This document shows positions 9,419-19,263 of a DNA stretch of 64,000 nt, piece by piece. Location of the stretch: contig CAYFPM010000002.1 of the NCBI GenBank assembly GCA_964345045.1, forward strand, positions 36,286-100,285, given 5' to 3'. Each line of letters begins with the position of its first letter. Position 1 is the stretch's first letter. The translations under genes were made by a program, and so were the position numbers. Under the pieces are notes generated by a model. It saw only the letters and a program-made list of their open reading frames with translations, was not told the origin of the DNA and searched no databases. The DNA comes from an uncultured Gammaproteobacteria bacterium (GTDB lineage: Bacteria > Patescibacteriota > Patescibacteriia > Magasanikbacterales > UBA922).

Positions 9419-11103
9419 TCTTCACCAACTTCTACTGCACCGGCCGTAGCTACAATACTAGTCAAATTTTCCAAACCGGAAATAATTTGAATTTTGTTTC
9501 CAGAAATTTTTTCTACTTCTACTTCTCTTTTTTCTACTTTGTTTTCTTCGTTCACAGTGTATACAAACTTACCGTCTACTCCTATTTTTACAGCCTCTAG
9601 TGGCAAAAAGATTTCTTGTTCTTCTGTTGGTGTCTTTTGAATTTCCAAACTTACAAATTGTCCAACTACCAATGATTCTGGTTTTTCTGGTAACACAGTA
9701 ATTACCTCTACCTTTTTGGTAATAGGATCAATACTTGGAGCGATATGACTAACCACTGCTTTGTAATCGCCTTCTACCAAAGCTTCGTTGCCAGAAGAAA
9801 TATCTTTCAAGTTACTACTATCTACAAATGTTTTTACTTGCAACCCGTTTACATTAACTACAGATACAACATGCTCTCCACTACTCATTAACTCTCCAAC
9901 TTTGGCGGGCAAAACAGAAACTACACCAGAAATTGGAGATCTAATAACTGTTTTGGACAGTAGGGCTGAAACTTTTTTAACACTAGCTTGACTGCTGGCT
10001 ACTTGAGAATTTTGTACTCGCAAAGCTGCTTCGGCCGAGATGATATCTGCTTCGGCTTGTTTTTCGGTATCGGTCAAATCTTGCACTGCTTTGTTGTAAG
10101 CAATTTCAGTAGTAGACAAACTGGTTTTGGCATTTGCTATATTTTGCAATTGATTGGTAAGCGAAGAATCTTTGGTAGAGACATCGGCTTGAGCAGTTTG
10201 CAAACCAGTCCGCAAACTATCTAAACTAGCTTGATCTAGTGATCCCCCAGTCGGCAAAGCGCTATTTACCATAGCAGTTAACGAAACAAACATATCTCCC
10301 AACTCTACCAAAATTTCGGCAGAATCTTTGGCCATTTTGTCTAACTCTTCGAGACTGGCAGTATTCACAGTTTCCATTAATTGATCCAAGTTTTGTCTTT
10401 TTAATCTTAACTGACGATATTTGGTAGTATTTTGGTTTATAGTAGACGGATCTTGGTTGAATAGTTCTGTTTCAAAAGCATCATTTACTCCTTTGTTATC
10501 TACCCCCAAAATTCTGTCGATAGAAATAAAAGCACTTTTTATACTGCTGTGTACAGAACGCAAAAGAATAGATAAATCTTCGTAAGCATCTTGGACAATC
10601 TGGCTGGTATCGGTATTTTGGCTAATTTTCAAATTATTTTCTGCTGTTTGCAAAACAGCTTTGGCAGCAGCAATATTATTTCCAGCAGTAATTCTGGTTC
10701 TGTCGAGAGCCGCTTGTTGTACCGAAGCTTGAGCCAAATTGGCTTCTAATCCGGCCTGAGCTTGAGCCAAGTCGGCAGATAGGTCAGCACTATTAAAAGC
10801 TACCAAAGTTTGACCAACAGAAACTTGATCACCCAAATTTACATAAACTCTAGCAACTGGAGCAAATACTTCACTTTTTAATTTTACTTGTGCTTTGGAT
10901 TCTACCTGACCATTTACTTCTACTTTGCCTGCAGCATCGTACAAACTAGCCAATTCTATCAATTCGACTGATTTGACTACTTTGGTTGGTTCTTCTTCTA
11001 CTATAGCTTGATTACCAATAACTCTAAAAACAAATAAAATCATAATAGCGACAATCGCCATTACAGGAACGTGTTTCTTCTTTGGTTTTTTGAAAAATTT
11101 CAT
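9403..11103 (-). CDS. efflux RND periplasmic adaptor (membrane fusion protein, HlyD family) with a long coiled-coil hairpin
   Basis: N-terminal TM anchor, a long Ala/Gln-rich coiled coil, and C-terminal beta-barrel/MP domains. Confidence 0.8.
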   Translation of the reverse strand: MKFFKKPKKKHVPVMAIVAIMILFVFRVIGNQAIVEEEPTKVVKSVELIELASLYDAAGKVEVNGQVESKAQVKLKSEVFAPVARVYVNLGDQVSVGQTLVAFNSADLSADLAQAQAGLEANLAQASVQQAALDRTRITAGNNIAAAKAVLQTAENNLKISQNTDTSQIVQDAYEDLSILLRSVHSSIKSAFISIDRILGVDNKGVNDAFETELFNQDPSTINQNTTKYRQLRLKRQNLDQLMETVNTASLEELDKMAKDSAEILVELGDMFVSLTAMVNSALPTGGSLDQASLDSLRTGLQTAQADVSTKDSSLTNQLQNIANAKTSLSTTEIAYNKAVQDLTDTEKQAEADIISAEAALRVQNSQVASSQASVKKVSALLSKTVIRSPISGVVSVLPAKVGELMSSGEHVVSVVNVNGLQVKTFVDSSNLKDISSGNEALVEGDYKAVVSHIAPSIDPITKKVEVITVLPEKPESLVVGQFVSLEIQKTPTEEQEIFLPLEAVKIGVDGKFVYTVNEENKVEKREVEVEKISGNKIQIISGLENLTSIVATAGAVEVGEEVVVS

Positions 11104-11163
11104 ACAAATTAGTTACTTAATGGTGGGGTAATGTACATTACTTCAACCAATTTGTCAACCTAA

Positions 11164-11191
11164 AAAACACTCTAGAAAATGAGTGTTTTTT
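11164..11191. terminator. bidirectional intrinsic terminator
   Basis: aaaaaacactc-tagaaaat-gagtgttttttt. Confidence 0.65.
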
Positions 11192-11207
11192 TGCTTTATT
11201 TAGTCAA

Positions 11208-11516
11208 TTATAGTTGGCAATAAGCTCTATACCCACCTTCCAAATTGGTTACATCTGTATATCCCAAACCAAGTAGAGTTTGGCAAGCTTGGCTAGATCT
11301 ACCACCACCGGCACAACAAGCCACAATCTTGGTGTCTAGATCTGGGATGGCTTCTTTTATTTTTAGTTCTAATACAGGAAGAGGAATATTGTTGGAATTT
11401 TCAATATGGCCTTCTTGCCACTCCTCTGAGCTTCTTACATCTATCAAGGTATGATCTACTCCCTCTTCGAGCATCTTTTTATATTCTTCGCAATTTATTC
11501 TTTTACATTGTGACAT
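11208..11516 (-). CDS. single-domain rhodanese (sulfurtransferase)
   Basis: Active-site loop CCAGGGRS (CX5R). Confidence 0.8.
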   Translation of the reverse strand: MSQCKRINCEEYKKMLEEGVDHTLIDVRSSEEWQEGHIENSNNIPLPVLELKIKEAIPDLDTKIVACCAGGGRSSQACQTLLGLGYTDVTNLEGGYRAYCQL

Positions 11517-11525
11517 ATATTTTAT

Positions 11526-12509
11526 TTATCTTATCCCAATTATTTTTCTTACATCTTTCATTGTTTTTTCAGCCACCTTGTTGGCTTTCTTCCCTCCCTT
11601 GTCCATTATTTTTTGCAAAGATTTTTTGTTGGCCAAAAGTTGGCTACGCTTCTTTCTAAAATCTGCAAAATAATTTGCTAAACTTTCCGAGACTTCTTTT
11701 TTCAAATCTCCATATCTTATATTTCCATTTTTTTCTGCTTTTACAAACTGCTTGTAAACTTTTTCTTCTCCAAATTCTCTTAGCAGCAAAAGTAAATTTT
11801 CTACACCAGGGGCAGACTCTCCAGAACCAGAAGCTGTTACTGCTTTTTTTATTTTCTTTTCTATAGTTTCTGGATCATCAGATAAATTTATGGCATGATT
11901 CTCCCCCTTGCTCTTGCTCATCTTCTTGTTTGGTTCTAGCAAACTCATTACTTTTGGAATTTTGGTTAAGAGTGGTTTGGTTTCTGGGAAATATTTTTTG
12001 TAGCGGTTGTTGAACCAACGAGCTACATCTCTGGTTAGTTCTACGTGCTGAACCTGATCCTGCCCAACTGGCACAAGCTCACCGTGATAGAGCAAAATAT
12101 CTGCTGCTTGTAATATTGGATAGGTAAACAAACCAGTATTTATATTTTTGGCTTGCTGAGTTGATTTGTCTTTGAACTGTGTCATGCGCTCCAACTCTGC
12201 TATAGGTGTCACAGTGTTAAAAATCCAAGTGAGCTCTGCAACTAAAGGAACTGAAGACTGGACAAACAAAGTAGATTTGTCTGGATCAACCCCTGCTGCA
12301 ATTATTTCTGCTGCTAGATTGTAAGTACTCTCATGTCTTTCCTCTGGCGTCATGCCCCCTGTCAAAGAATGATAATCTGCAATAAAAAAATAACAATCGT
12401 ACTTACCAGAGTTTTGGAGTTCTACCCAATTTTTAACTGCTCCCAAGTAATTACCTAGGTGAAGATTGCCTGTAGGCTGGACGCCGGAAAAAATTATTTG
12501 TTTTTTCAT
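11526..12509 (-). CDS. trpS: tryptophan--tRNA ligase
   Basis: HIGH-type motif TGNLHLGNY and KMSKS motif; C-terminal Lys-rich extension. Confidence 0.9.
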   Translation of the reverse strand: MKKQIIFSGVQPTGNLHLGNYLGAVKNWVELQNSGKYDCYFFIADYHSLTGGMTPEERHESTYNLAAEIIAAGVDPDKSTLFVQSSVPLVAELTWIFNTVTPIAELERMTQFKDKSTQQAKNINTGLFTYPILQAADILLYHGELVPVGQDQVQHVELTRDVARWFNNRYKKYFPETKPLLTKIPKVMSLLEPNKKMSKSKGENHAINLSDDPETIEKKIKKAVTASGSGESAPGVENLLLLLREFGEEKVYKQFVKAEKNGNIRYGDLKKEVSESLANYFADFRKKRSQLLANKKSLQKIMDKGGKKANKVAEKTMKDVRKIIGIR

Positions 12510-12660
12510 AAAAAAGTTTATTTATCATATTGTATTACAGATACTACTTTGTGGCAATCATTCTACAATTCACGTCGTATCCTGATTTATAGAATGGACA
12601 GGTCGGCGTAAACAGACCTGCGAGTTCGTATTTAGATTTTTCAAAGAACAGACAAAAAGA

Positions 12661-13458
12661 TTACAAACGAACGCCAGCAATCTCGAGAGCTCTCTGCACC
12701 CAAAGCTCGGTATAGGCCAAATCACCACCGGCGTCCGGGATACGCACCTCGATCATTACCCCGGTCGCCCGAGCCTTGATCCGGATAAGGTCGTACCAGT
12801 TGCGGAGATCGAAGGCCCACCCCTCCTCTATCCCACGCTGGTAGAGAGCTTCGGGGCTTTCGATTGTCCTGGCTGTTGGGTCGTTACCAACAGCCTCTCG
12901 GTAGAGCCACAACCTCTCTCCACCGGAGCGATCGCACATCTTGATCAATTCATCCTGGCCTTCGACCAATCTATTGTAGCGATCAAGCAATCTGGGCCAG
13001 TCCGGGCAGCCGATGTTCAACTGTTCGCTGGTGATACGTAACGCTGGTAAGAGAATGCCGCGTGCGGCAAGAACCTCTGCAACAGCTCTGTACTCAGTTG
13101 TGGGGTAAATGTTTTGCGGCATGTCTGCTGGCGCTACTGGCATACCAAAGTCGATAGTATATCCAAGCCCATTGGCGACGAGTTTAACTACAGACTTAAG
13201 CGCATCGATCTCGGACAACATCGAATGCACGCAACTATGTGGCTTATTGTTCTTGGCCTCCAGCTGACAAGCCGAAGGCTCGGCACTAAAAGTAGCCGGA
13301 TCCAAAAACGGTAGAATCATCGAAGCCGCAGGCGCCAGAACCCCAGACCTTGCGTTGAGAAAGAAACCCTCAATCTCTATAGAAAGAAGGGCAGCATGTG
13401 AATCGTCGAACACGAACTGACTAAAAAAAGCCTCTTCACCATCTTTATTTACAACCAT
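12661..13458 (-). CDS. hypothetical protein on a GC-rich (about 55%) island
   Basis: 265-aa ORF of atypical composition; SD gagg upstream of the start; no recognisable domain. Confidence 0.55.
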   Translation of the reverse strand: MVVNKDGEEAFFSQFVFDDSHAALLSIEIEGFFLNARSGVLAPAASMILPFLDPATFSAEPSACQLEAKNNKPHSCVHSMLSEIDALKSVVKLVANGLGYTIDFGMPVAPADMPQNIYPTTEYRAVAEVLAARGILLPALRITSEQLNIGCPDWPRLLDRYNRLVEGQDELIKMCDRSGGERLWLYREAVGNDPTARTIESPEALYQRGIEEGWAFDLRNWYDLIRIKARATGVMIEVRIPDAGGDLAYTELWVQRALEIAGVRL

Positions 13459-13705
13459 TCAAAAACCTCATTTCTATTTATTCTCCAATAAAACAAAAGA
13501 GCCTCAGCTGCAGAAAGGCTCCATGAAGATCTCCTTGAGTGTCCAAATACGATAAAGTCCACCCAAGAAGAACCTTCATAGAAGCTTTCTTATTTATCGT
13601 ATTTGAATTTTTTAATTTTTCGCCATTACTTAAATTATTTTTTTGCAAACAATCTAAGTGATGGTGAGGTCTCTGAAAGATAAAAAAATTGAGAAGACAA
13701 ACTTG

Positions 13706-13891
13706 TTACGAAACGGTCAATTCTGCTAGCTTTGCCTCCAAAGCTTTGACCGCCTTGTCCATGTTTTTGAACTTGATTTGTTCGAGTCTGTCAGATGATT
13801 CGGCCATTCCATTTTTCGCCATAGCATCTCTCACTGGTCGAATTTGGCCAAGTCTGTACTCGATCTGTCCGATATCATTCTCTCGCATCAT
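13706..13891 (-). CDS. small hypothetical protein (possible coiled coil)
   Basis: 61-aa ORF lying between a terminator and the island gene. Confidence 0.3.
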   Translation of the reverse strand: MMRENDIGQIEYRLGQIRPVRDAMAKNGMAESSDRLEQIKFKNMDKAVKALEAKLAELTVS

Positions 13892-13924
13892 AGGACCTCA
13901 GTCCCCCTTTCAAAAAACCCTCGG

Positions 13925-13950
13925 CGTTAACCGAGGGTATAAAAATGACT
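13925..13950 (-). terminator. intrinsic terminator downstream of the trpR-like gene
   Basis: ccctcgg-cgttaa-ccgaggg followed by a T-run on the minus strand. Confidence 0.6.
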
Positions 13951-13965
13951 TCAACAAAATCAGTT

Positions 13966-14253
13966 TTATGCCTTGGGCAAACGCAAATACTTGAGGATTA
14001 TAGCAAATCCTCCTTTACTCCCTCGCCAAACACTAGCTCCCCTAGTCACCTTGGCAATACTTACTTTTAACTTATTAGAAATAGCTCTTTGTGTTTCTCC
14101 TTTCTCTAGCATATCTACAATACTAATCCTCTGGAGGACATCGTCTATCTCTGCCGGAGTAAGTAGATCTGCCAAAACCTGAGCCATATGAGCTGGGTCT
14201 TTTATAGAGGCAAGAGAGCTTGCTAGTTTATTTTTGGTAAATTTAGGTTTCAT
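13966..14253 (-). CDS. TrpR-like DNA-binding protein, YerC/YecD family
   Basis: Motif ...GETQRAISNKLKVSIAKVTRGA..., typical of Trp-repressor-fold YerC/YecD proteins. Confidence 0.7.
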   Translation of the reverse strand: MKPKFTKNKLASSLASIKDPAHMAQVLADLLTPAEIDDVLQRISIVDMLEKGETQRAISNKLKVSIAKVTRGASVWRGSKGGFAIILKYLRLPKA

Positions 14254-14341
14254 ACGTACTCATGTACTAGTGCAACAGTACAAATATAACCCAAATAAAA
14301 ACAGCCGTCAATTGGCGGCTGTGGATAAAATTCTTTCTACA

Positions 14342-14776
14342 CTAACTAAAAAGGTTCTTGATCTTAGCCAAAACTCCCTTAGCTTTTTCTTTATCTTTTG
14401 TACTCTGCGCTTGGGCTCTAGCTTCTCTAATAATTCTATTTGCCTCTGGGGCATAAACAGCTGGGGCTCCCCCACGTACCATTATCTCTGCAACCTTATT
14501 TGCCATTTCATCGTTCAGCAAAGCCTCTACTACACTCTGGTCTAGGTCTCTACCCATATTGTCGGAGATAAATTTAAGGGCAGCAGCTCTATCTGCTTCT
14601 GTTATCTTAATCTCATTTTCTACTCCTGCATCGGTGCGAACTATATCGTCACGGGTTATTCTTTCTCTTTTAGCAAATTCAGCAGCAGCTCTAGTTTCGC
14701 CATATTTTTGCATGGCTTCAGATGGCTCAACCGGTGGCATGGCCTCTGCTGGAATATGTTCTATTGATTCGGACAT
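14342..14776 (-). CDS. hypothetical protein
   Basis: 144-aa ORF, slightly elevated GC. Confidence 0.5.
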   Translation of the reverse strand: MSESIEHIPAEAMPPVEPSEAMQKYGETRAAAEFAKRERITRDDIVRTDAGVENEIKITEADRAAALKFISDNMGRDLDQSVVEALLNDEMANKVAEIMVRGGAPAVYAPEANRIIREARAQAQSTKDKEKAKGVLAKIKNLFS

Positions 14777-14792
14777 AAAAATCTAGTTAAAA

Positions 14793-15005
14793 TTATTGAT
14801 CAGAAACTATTTTGCGCTTTGGAGCTTCTGGTAGTAACCAAGCTGCCAAAAAATAGGCAACTACAAGCGGGAAAATCCCTGTAGCAAACACTCCCAAAAT
14901 AAATACAATCCGTACAATAATTGGATCAATCTTTAGATACTCCCCAATTCCCCCACAAACTCCGGAAATTTTTTTGTCTTTTGTAGATTTGTATAATCTT
15001 TTCAT
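14793..15005 (-). CDS. PspC domain protein
   Basis: Motif GVCGGIGEYLKIDPIIVR followed by a TM helix. Confidence 0.75.
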   Translation of the reverse strand: MKRLYKSTKDKKISGVCGGIGEYLKIDPIIVRIVFILGVFATGIFPLVVAYFLAAWLLPEAPKRKIVSDQ

Positions 15006-15121
15006 AGGTATAAAAGCTTAAGAGGCTTAAAAAGCTTGAGAGGGTTGAAAGGCAAAATTTCAAGCCTCTCTGGCCAAGCCTGCCGATAGGCAGGCTGTCC
15101 GGCTTCTCAGGCCTCTTTTAA

Positions 15122-17032
15122 TTATACTTCAATCACCACTGGCAAAATCATTGGTCGCTTCTCTGTTTTGGTGAACAAAAACTGACCAATCTTATCGCGG
15201 ATATCGTTTCTAATTTGGTCGGTGTCGGCCCAAGTTTTTGGGTCAGATTCAATAACAAGTTTCTTTACTTTGTGGCGTACGTCTTCAATCAATTTTTTAT
15301 TATCTTTCAAAAACACAAAACCACGAGAGATAATATCTGGATTTTGGACTAGCTTGCCGGTGTGAGAATGAATAGTAGCAATAACTACCACCATACCATC
15401 TTCGGCCAAAACTTGTCTGTCTCGCAACACCACATGTTGAGTATCACTTACTCCCAAACCATCTACAAATACATAATCAGATGGAGCTTTTTCTTTTAGA
15501 ATTTTGTATCCTTTTTTATCAAGTTCCATAATAGTACCATTGTCCGGTACTATAATTTTTTTAGGATCAAAACCATTGGCTTCTGCCAAATTGGCTGCTT
15601 CGCGCAAGAAAAAATGATTGCCATATACCGGCATAAAATAGTCTGGCTTGGTCTGAGACAACATGTCTACAATGTCTGTACGAGTAGAGTGTCCACTAAC
15701 ATGCACATCCATTAAGTCCCCATGAATAACTCTATCGCATTGTCTATAAATATTGTCTTTTAATCTTTGGATAGTCCGTTCATTACCCGGAATTACCGAA
15801 GAAGAAAAAATAATGGTGTCACTCTTACGCAAGGTTACACTTCTATGTTGTTTGTTGGCAATTCTAGAGAGAGCTGCATTTTCTTCACCTTGGGCGCCGG
15901 TACATACAATTACAGTTTTTTTCTCCGGATATTTATCTATATCTTTTATATCTATTAACGTAGCTTTGGCTGGTTTGATATAACCAAGTTCTTTGGCAAT
16001 CTCAATATTCTTTTTCATGCTGTAGCCATCTAGAGCTACTTTTTTGCCTAGGTCTTTGGCCGCTTCCATCAACCATTTTACCCGCTCAACCTGAGACCCA
16101 AAAGTGGTAACAATCACTCTACCCGGAGCTTTGGACAACACCTCATAAAGATTGTCATAAAGCTCTTTGTGAGTAGCATGTCGGCCTTCTTTTAGAGATC
16201 CCAAACTTTCTAGCATCATTACACTGGGTCTTTTTACGTGTTGCAATTGATCGTATTTGATATGGGTTACACCATTTGGCTGTCTTTCCATAGTCCAATC
16301 TCCAGGATGAAGCGCTGTCCCAACTGGAGTTTCCAAAATCGTTCCCATAGAATCCATAATCGAATGTTCCACTTGAAAAAATCCAAGTTTAAAATTACCA
16401 AGTTGCACTTTGTCGGTAATTTTTTTAACTGGAATGGTCTTGATTTTGTTGGCAGTACCTTTTTGATAATCCTCTTGTCTATTTTTTATCATAGCCAGAG
16501 TAAGAGGCATAGCGATTACCGGTGGGTAGCCAAGTTTTTCGAGCAAAATCGGAGCTGCCCCAATGTGGTCAAGGTGACCATGACTAAACACAACCCCGCG
16601 TACATTTTTTTCTTTACCTTCTAAATATTTTATATTTGGAATAATGTAATCAATCCCAGGCATGTTTTCTTCTGGGAACTGTAATCCCATGTCTAGTAAG
16701 ATAATGTCATTTTCATATTCATAAATGACCATGTTTCTTCCTACTTCTTCTTGTCCTCCAATAGGAATAATTCGAAAAACTCCTTTGCCAATTGGATTTA
16801 CTTTGCTAAATTTTTTGTAAGTTTTTTTGGTGTTATAAGTTTTTTTACTAGAAGCTCCCTTTTTACTGGGCCCTCTTTTGCCAGAAGTAGCTCTAGAGGT
16901 TCTAGGTTGCACTTTTTTGTGCGAACCCATTGTTTCTTTGGTGTCAGATTGTTTTCTGCCGGTAGAACTAGATCCACCATAGGTTCGTCTACTTCTCTGC
17001 ACTTTTCTGCCACCACTATTTCTTTTTATCAT
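15122..17032 (-). CDS. rnj: ribonuclease J (beta-CASP metallo-beta-lactamase) with a basic N-terminal extension
   Basis: Motif HGHLDHIG and beta-CASP region; the N-terminal ~90 aa is Lys/Arg/Ser-rich. Confidence 0.9.
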   Translation of the reverse strand: MIKRNSGGRKVQRSRRTYGGSSSTGRKQSDTKETMGSHKKVQPRTSRATSGKRGPSKKGASSKKTYNTKKTYKKFSKVNPIGKGVFRIIPIGGQEEVGRNMVIYEYENDIILLDMGLQFPEENMPGIDYIIPNIKYLEGKEKNVRGVVFSHGHLDHIGAAPILLEKLGYPPVIAMPLTLAMIKNRQEDYQKGTANKIKTIPVKKITDKVQLGNFKLGFFQVEHSIMDSMGTILETPVGTALHPGDWTMERQPNGVTHIKYDQLQHVKRPSVMMLESLGSLKEGRHATHKELYDNLYEVLSKAPGRVIVTTFGSQVERVKWLMEAAKDLGKKVALDGYSMKKNIEIAKELGYIKPAKATLIDIKDIDKYPEKKTVIVCTGAQGEENAALSRIANKQHRSVTLRKSDTIIFSSSVIPGNERTIQRLKDNIYRQCDRVIHGDLMDVHVSGHSTRTDIVDMLSQTKPDYFMPVYGNHFFLREAANLAEANGFDPKKIIVPDNGTIMELDKKGYKILKEKAPSDYVFVDGLGVSDTQHVVLRDRQVLAEDGMVVVIATIHSHTGKLVQNPDIISRGFVFLKDNKKLIEDVRHKVKKLVIESDPKTWADTDQIRNDIRDKIGQFLFTKTEKRPMILPVVIEV

Positions 17033-17202
17033 AAATTATCTAATTAATTATTTTATTTAAGTCTGCAACGTATCGACCAACGTATGCGAAGATTTGCTAC
17101 CTAAGTAGCTTATAAATTATTCCAATATTATTTGAAATAAAATTGCATCGGAAAAGGATTCGAACCTTTTTTAGGCTACTCTTGCCTATCGTCCATGCCG
17201 AT

Positions 17203-19215
17203 TTATTTAGAGGAGTTGTCGCCAAAATTCCATTCTCCTTTGGTTTCCAAAAACCATTCTGTAACATTGGCAAAACGGTCTGCCGGATGAAAAATTCTAA
17301 TTACATCCAAACCTTGCAGAGCTTCTCTTGTAGCATAAGTATAAGTTGGCATATATAAAAATATTGCCGGTTTATCTGCCAAGATCTTTTCTTGAAATTG
17401 TTTGGATAATTCTTCTACTTTGGTTTCGTCATCTGTTTCTCTAATATTTTGCAAAAGAGTATCTACACTTCTGTTTACGTATCTAGCCAAATTCAAACCT
17501 GGAAAGTCTATTTGGGTAGAATGCCAAAAAGGATACTGATCTGGATCACTTCCCAAGATCATGCCATAAAGTAAGACATCATAATCTCTATCTTTTAGAG
17601 TTAATCTAGAGATTTCTTTTGGATCTACCAATTCTATATTGGTTTTTATACCAATCTCTTGCCAAAAACCGGCCATAAGTGCAGAAGCAGATCTATACTC
17701 TGGAGTATCGGCTGTAACCAAATCCAAAACCAAAGTTTTGCCTTCTTTTGTTTGTCTATAAAATGTTTGAGCGCTATTTAATTCATTATCCAATATAGTT
17801 TCTATCTCTGCTAAAATATTATCTTTTTCTGTAGTTGTGCTTGTTTCTCCCTCTTCACTTACTACTGCGAGAGTGCTAGTAGCCGCAGTATCCAGAGCTT
17901 CTTCTCGCTCTTCCAAAAGCTGTTCTCGTCTTTTTTCTCTAAATTCTTCGGCAGAAATTCTATTCCAATTTTTATCCAAAATCTCGTTAGCTTTGACTCT
18001 ATCATAAGGATTTGTCTCTACATTGGGATCAAATCCCGGGAAACCTGGCAAGATAGGGCTATTGATTATTTTGCCTTCATCTTTTAGAGCGTCTCTTAGG
18101 ATTCTATCTTTGTCTAGCGCCAAAGCCATGGCTTCTCGCAAGTTGGCATCTTTCAAAAGTGCTTGTTCGTCTTGATTAAAAAACAGAGCAGTATACTGAG
18201 GCAATTGCAAAGTATGCAAATTTATACTTTTTCTTTCTACTTTTTCTTTCAAATCATGTGGCACAAAACTAAGACCGTCGACTCTTTGACTACGTAGAGA
18301 TTGTATCGCCCCGCTTGGCCCCTCGTATTCTCCAAAAAATTGAAAACTGAATTCTTCTATAAAAGCTGGCTCTCTATAAAATTTTTCAAACCTTACCAAA
18401 TCATAATTAAAGATAAAACCAGTATCATCTTTGGTAAGCTTTTTGAACATAAATGGTCCGGTACCTACCGGTTGAATATTTTGACGATGCAAACGCATAC
18501 GTTCTGGAGAAACATCGAACCAAACGTGCTCTGGCAAAATCCCCACAGTTAAGCTACCCAAAAAAGGAGAAAATGGTTCTTGCAATTCAAATTGCACAGT
18601 ATAATCATCGAGAGCTTCTACCCCTACTCCTTTGAACCCTACCAAAAGAGGACTATTTACAAAGGGGTCTTGAATAGTTTGGATGGTATAAAGCACATCA
18701 CGAGCAGTAAACGGGTTACCATCGTGCCAAGCGATATCTTTTCTCAAATTAAAAATGTAAGTTTTTTTATCATCGCTTATGGTATAACTTTCGGCCAGAT
18801 CCGGAATTAATTCTTGATTTTTGGTATACCGCATAAGTCCGGTATAGGTAAGCTTGGTAATATCCAAATCAATATCATTTAGACTCGCAAAAATAGGGTT
18901 AACTAGCTGAGGGGAACCTACCACAGCTTCGGTATACTTACCCCCCACTTTTGGAACTTTTACTCTATAATCGTCTACAATTACCAAAAAAGACCAGGCC
19001 ACACCCAATATCAAAACCAGAATCGCTGTTTTTATAACTCGTCTTTCTGCATCGGACAGTATATTACCTACCCGTCTTATTTGTTTTAGATTTGGCAATT
19101 TTTTGCTATGTATGGCCTGTACCATTTGTACATCTTTTTTGGTAGATACCAAGGGACGTACTTTTTGCTTTTTTCTCAACAGACGCTCTACATGTTGCCT
19201 AATGTTTGAAAACAC
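17203..19215 (-). CDS. ABC transporter substrate-binding protein, family 5 (oligopeptide/dipeptide type), membrane-anchored
   Basis: 670 aa with an N-terminal TM helix and SBP_bac_5-like layout. Confidence 0.75.
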   Translation of the reverse strand: MFSNIRQHVERLLRKKQKVRPLVSTKKDVQMVQAIHSKKLPNLKQIRRVGNILSDAERRVIKTAILVLILGVAWSFLVIVDDYRVKVPKVGGKYTEAVVGSPQLVNPIFASLNDIDLDITKLTYTGLMRYTKNQELIPDLAESYTISDDKKTYIFNLRKDIAWHDGNPFTARDVLYTIQTIQDPFVNSPLLVGFKGVGVEALDDYTVQFELQEPFSPFLGSLTVGILPEHVWFDVSPERMRLHRQNIQPVGTGPFMFKKLTKDDTGFIFNYDLVRFEKFYREPAFIEEFSFQFFGEYEGPSGAIQSLRSQRVDGLSFVPHDLKEKVERKSINLHTLQLPQYTALFFNQDEQALLKDANLREAMALALDKDRILRDALKDEGKIINSPILPGFPGFDPNVETNPYDRVKANEILDKNWNRISAEEFREKRREQLLEEREEALDTAATSTLAVVSEEGETSTTTEKDNILAEIETILDNELNSAQTFYRQTKEGKTLVLDLVTADTPEYRSASALMAGFWQEIGIKTNIELVDPKEISRLTLKDRDYDVLLYGMILGSDPDQYPFWHSTQIDFPGLNLARYVNRSVDTLLQNIRETDDETKVEELSKQFQEKILADKPAIFLYMPTYTYATREALQGLDVIRIFHPADRFANVTEWFLETKGEWNFGDNSSK

Positions 19216-19263
19216 AAAATTAAAAGATAAAAAGTCCCAAATGGACTTTGGAGAGTTTGGGCG

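Noticed and set aside
12510-12660. T-box leader upstream of trpS
   Set aside because: No AATTAGGGTGGNACCGCG T-box sequence or specifier-loop architecture is present, and the spacer is only ~150 nt.
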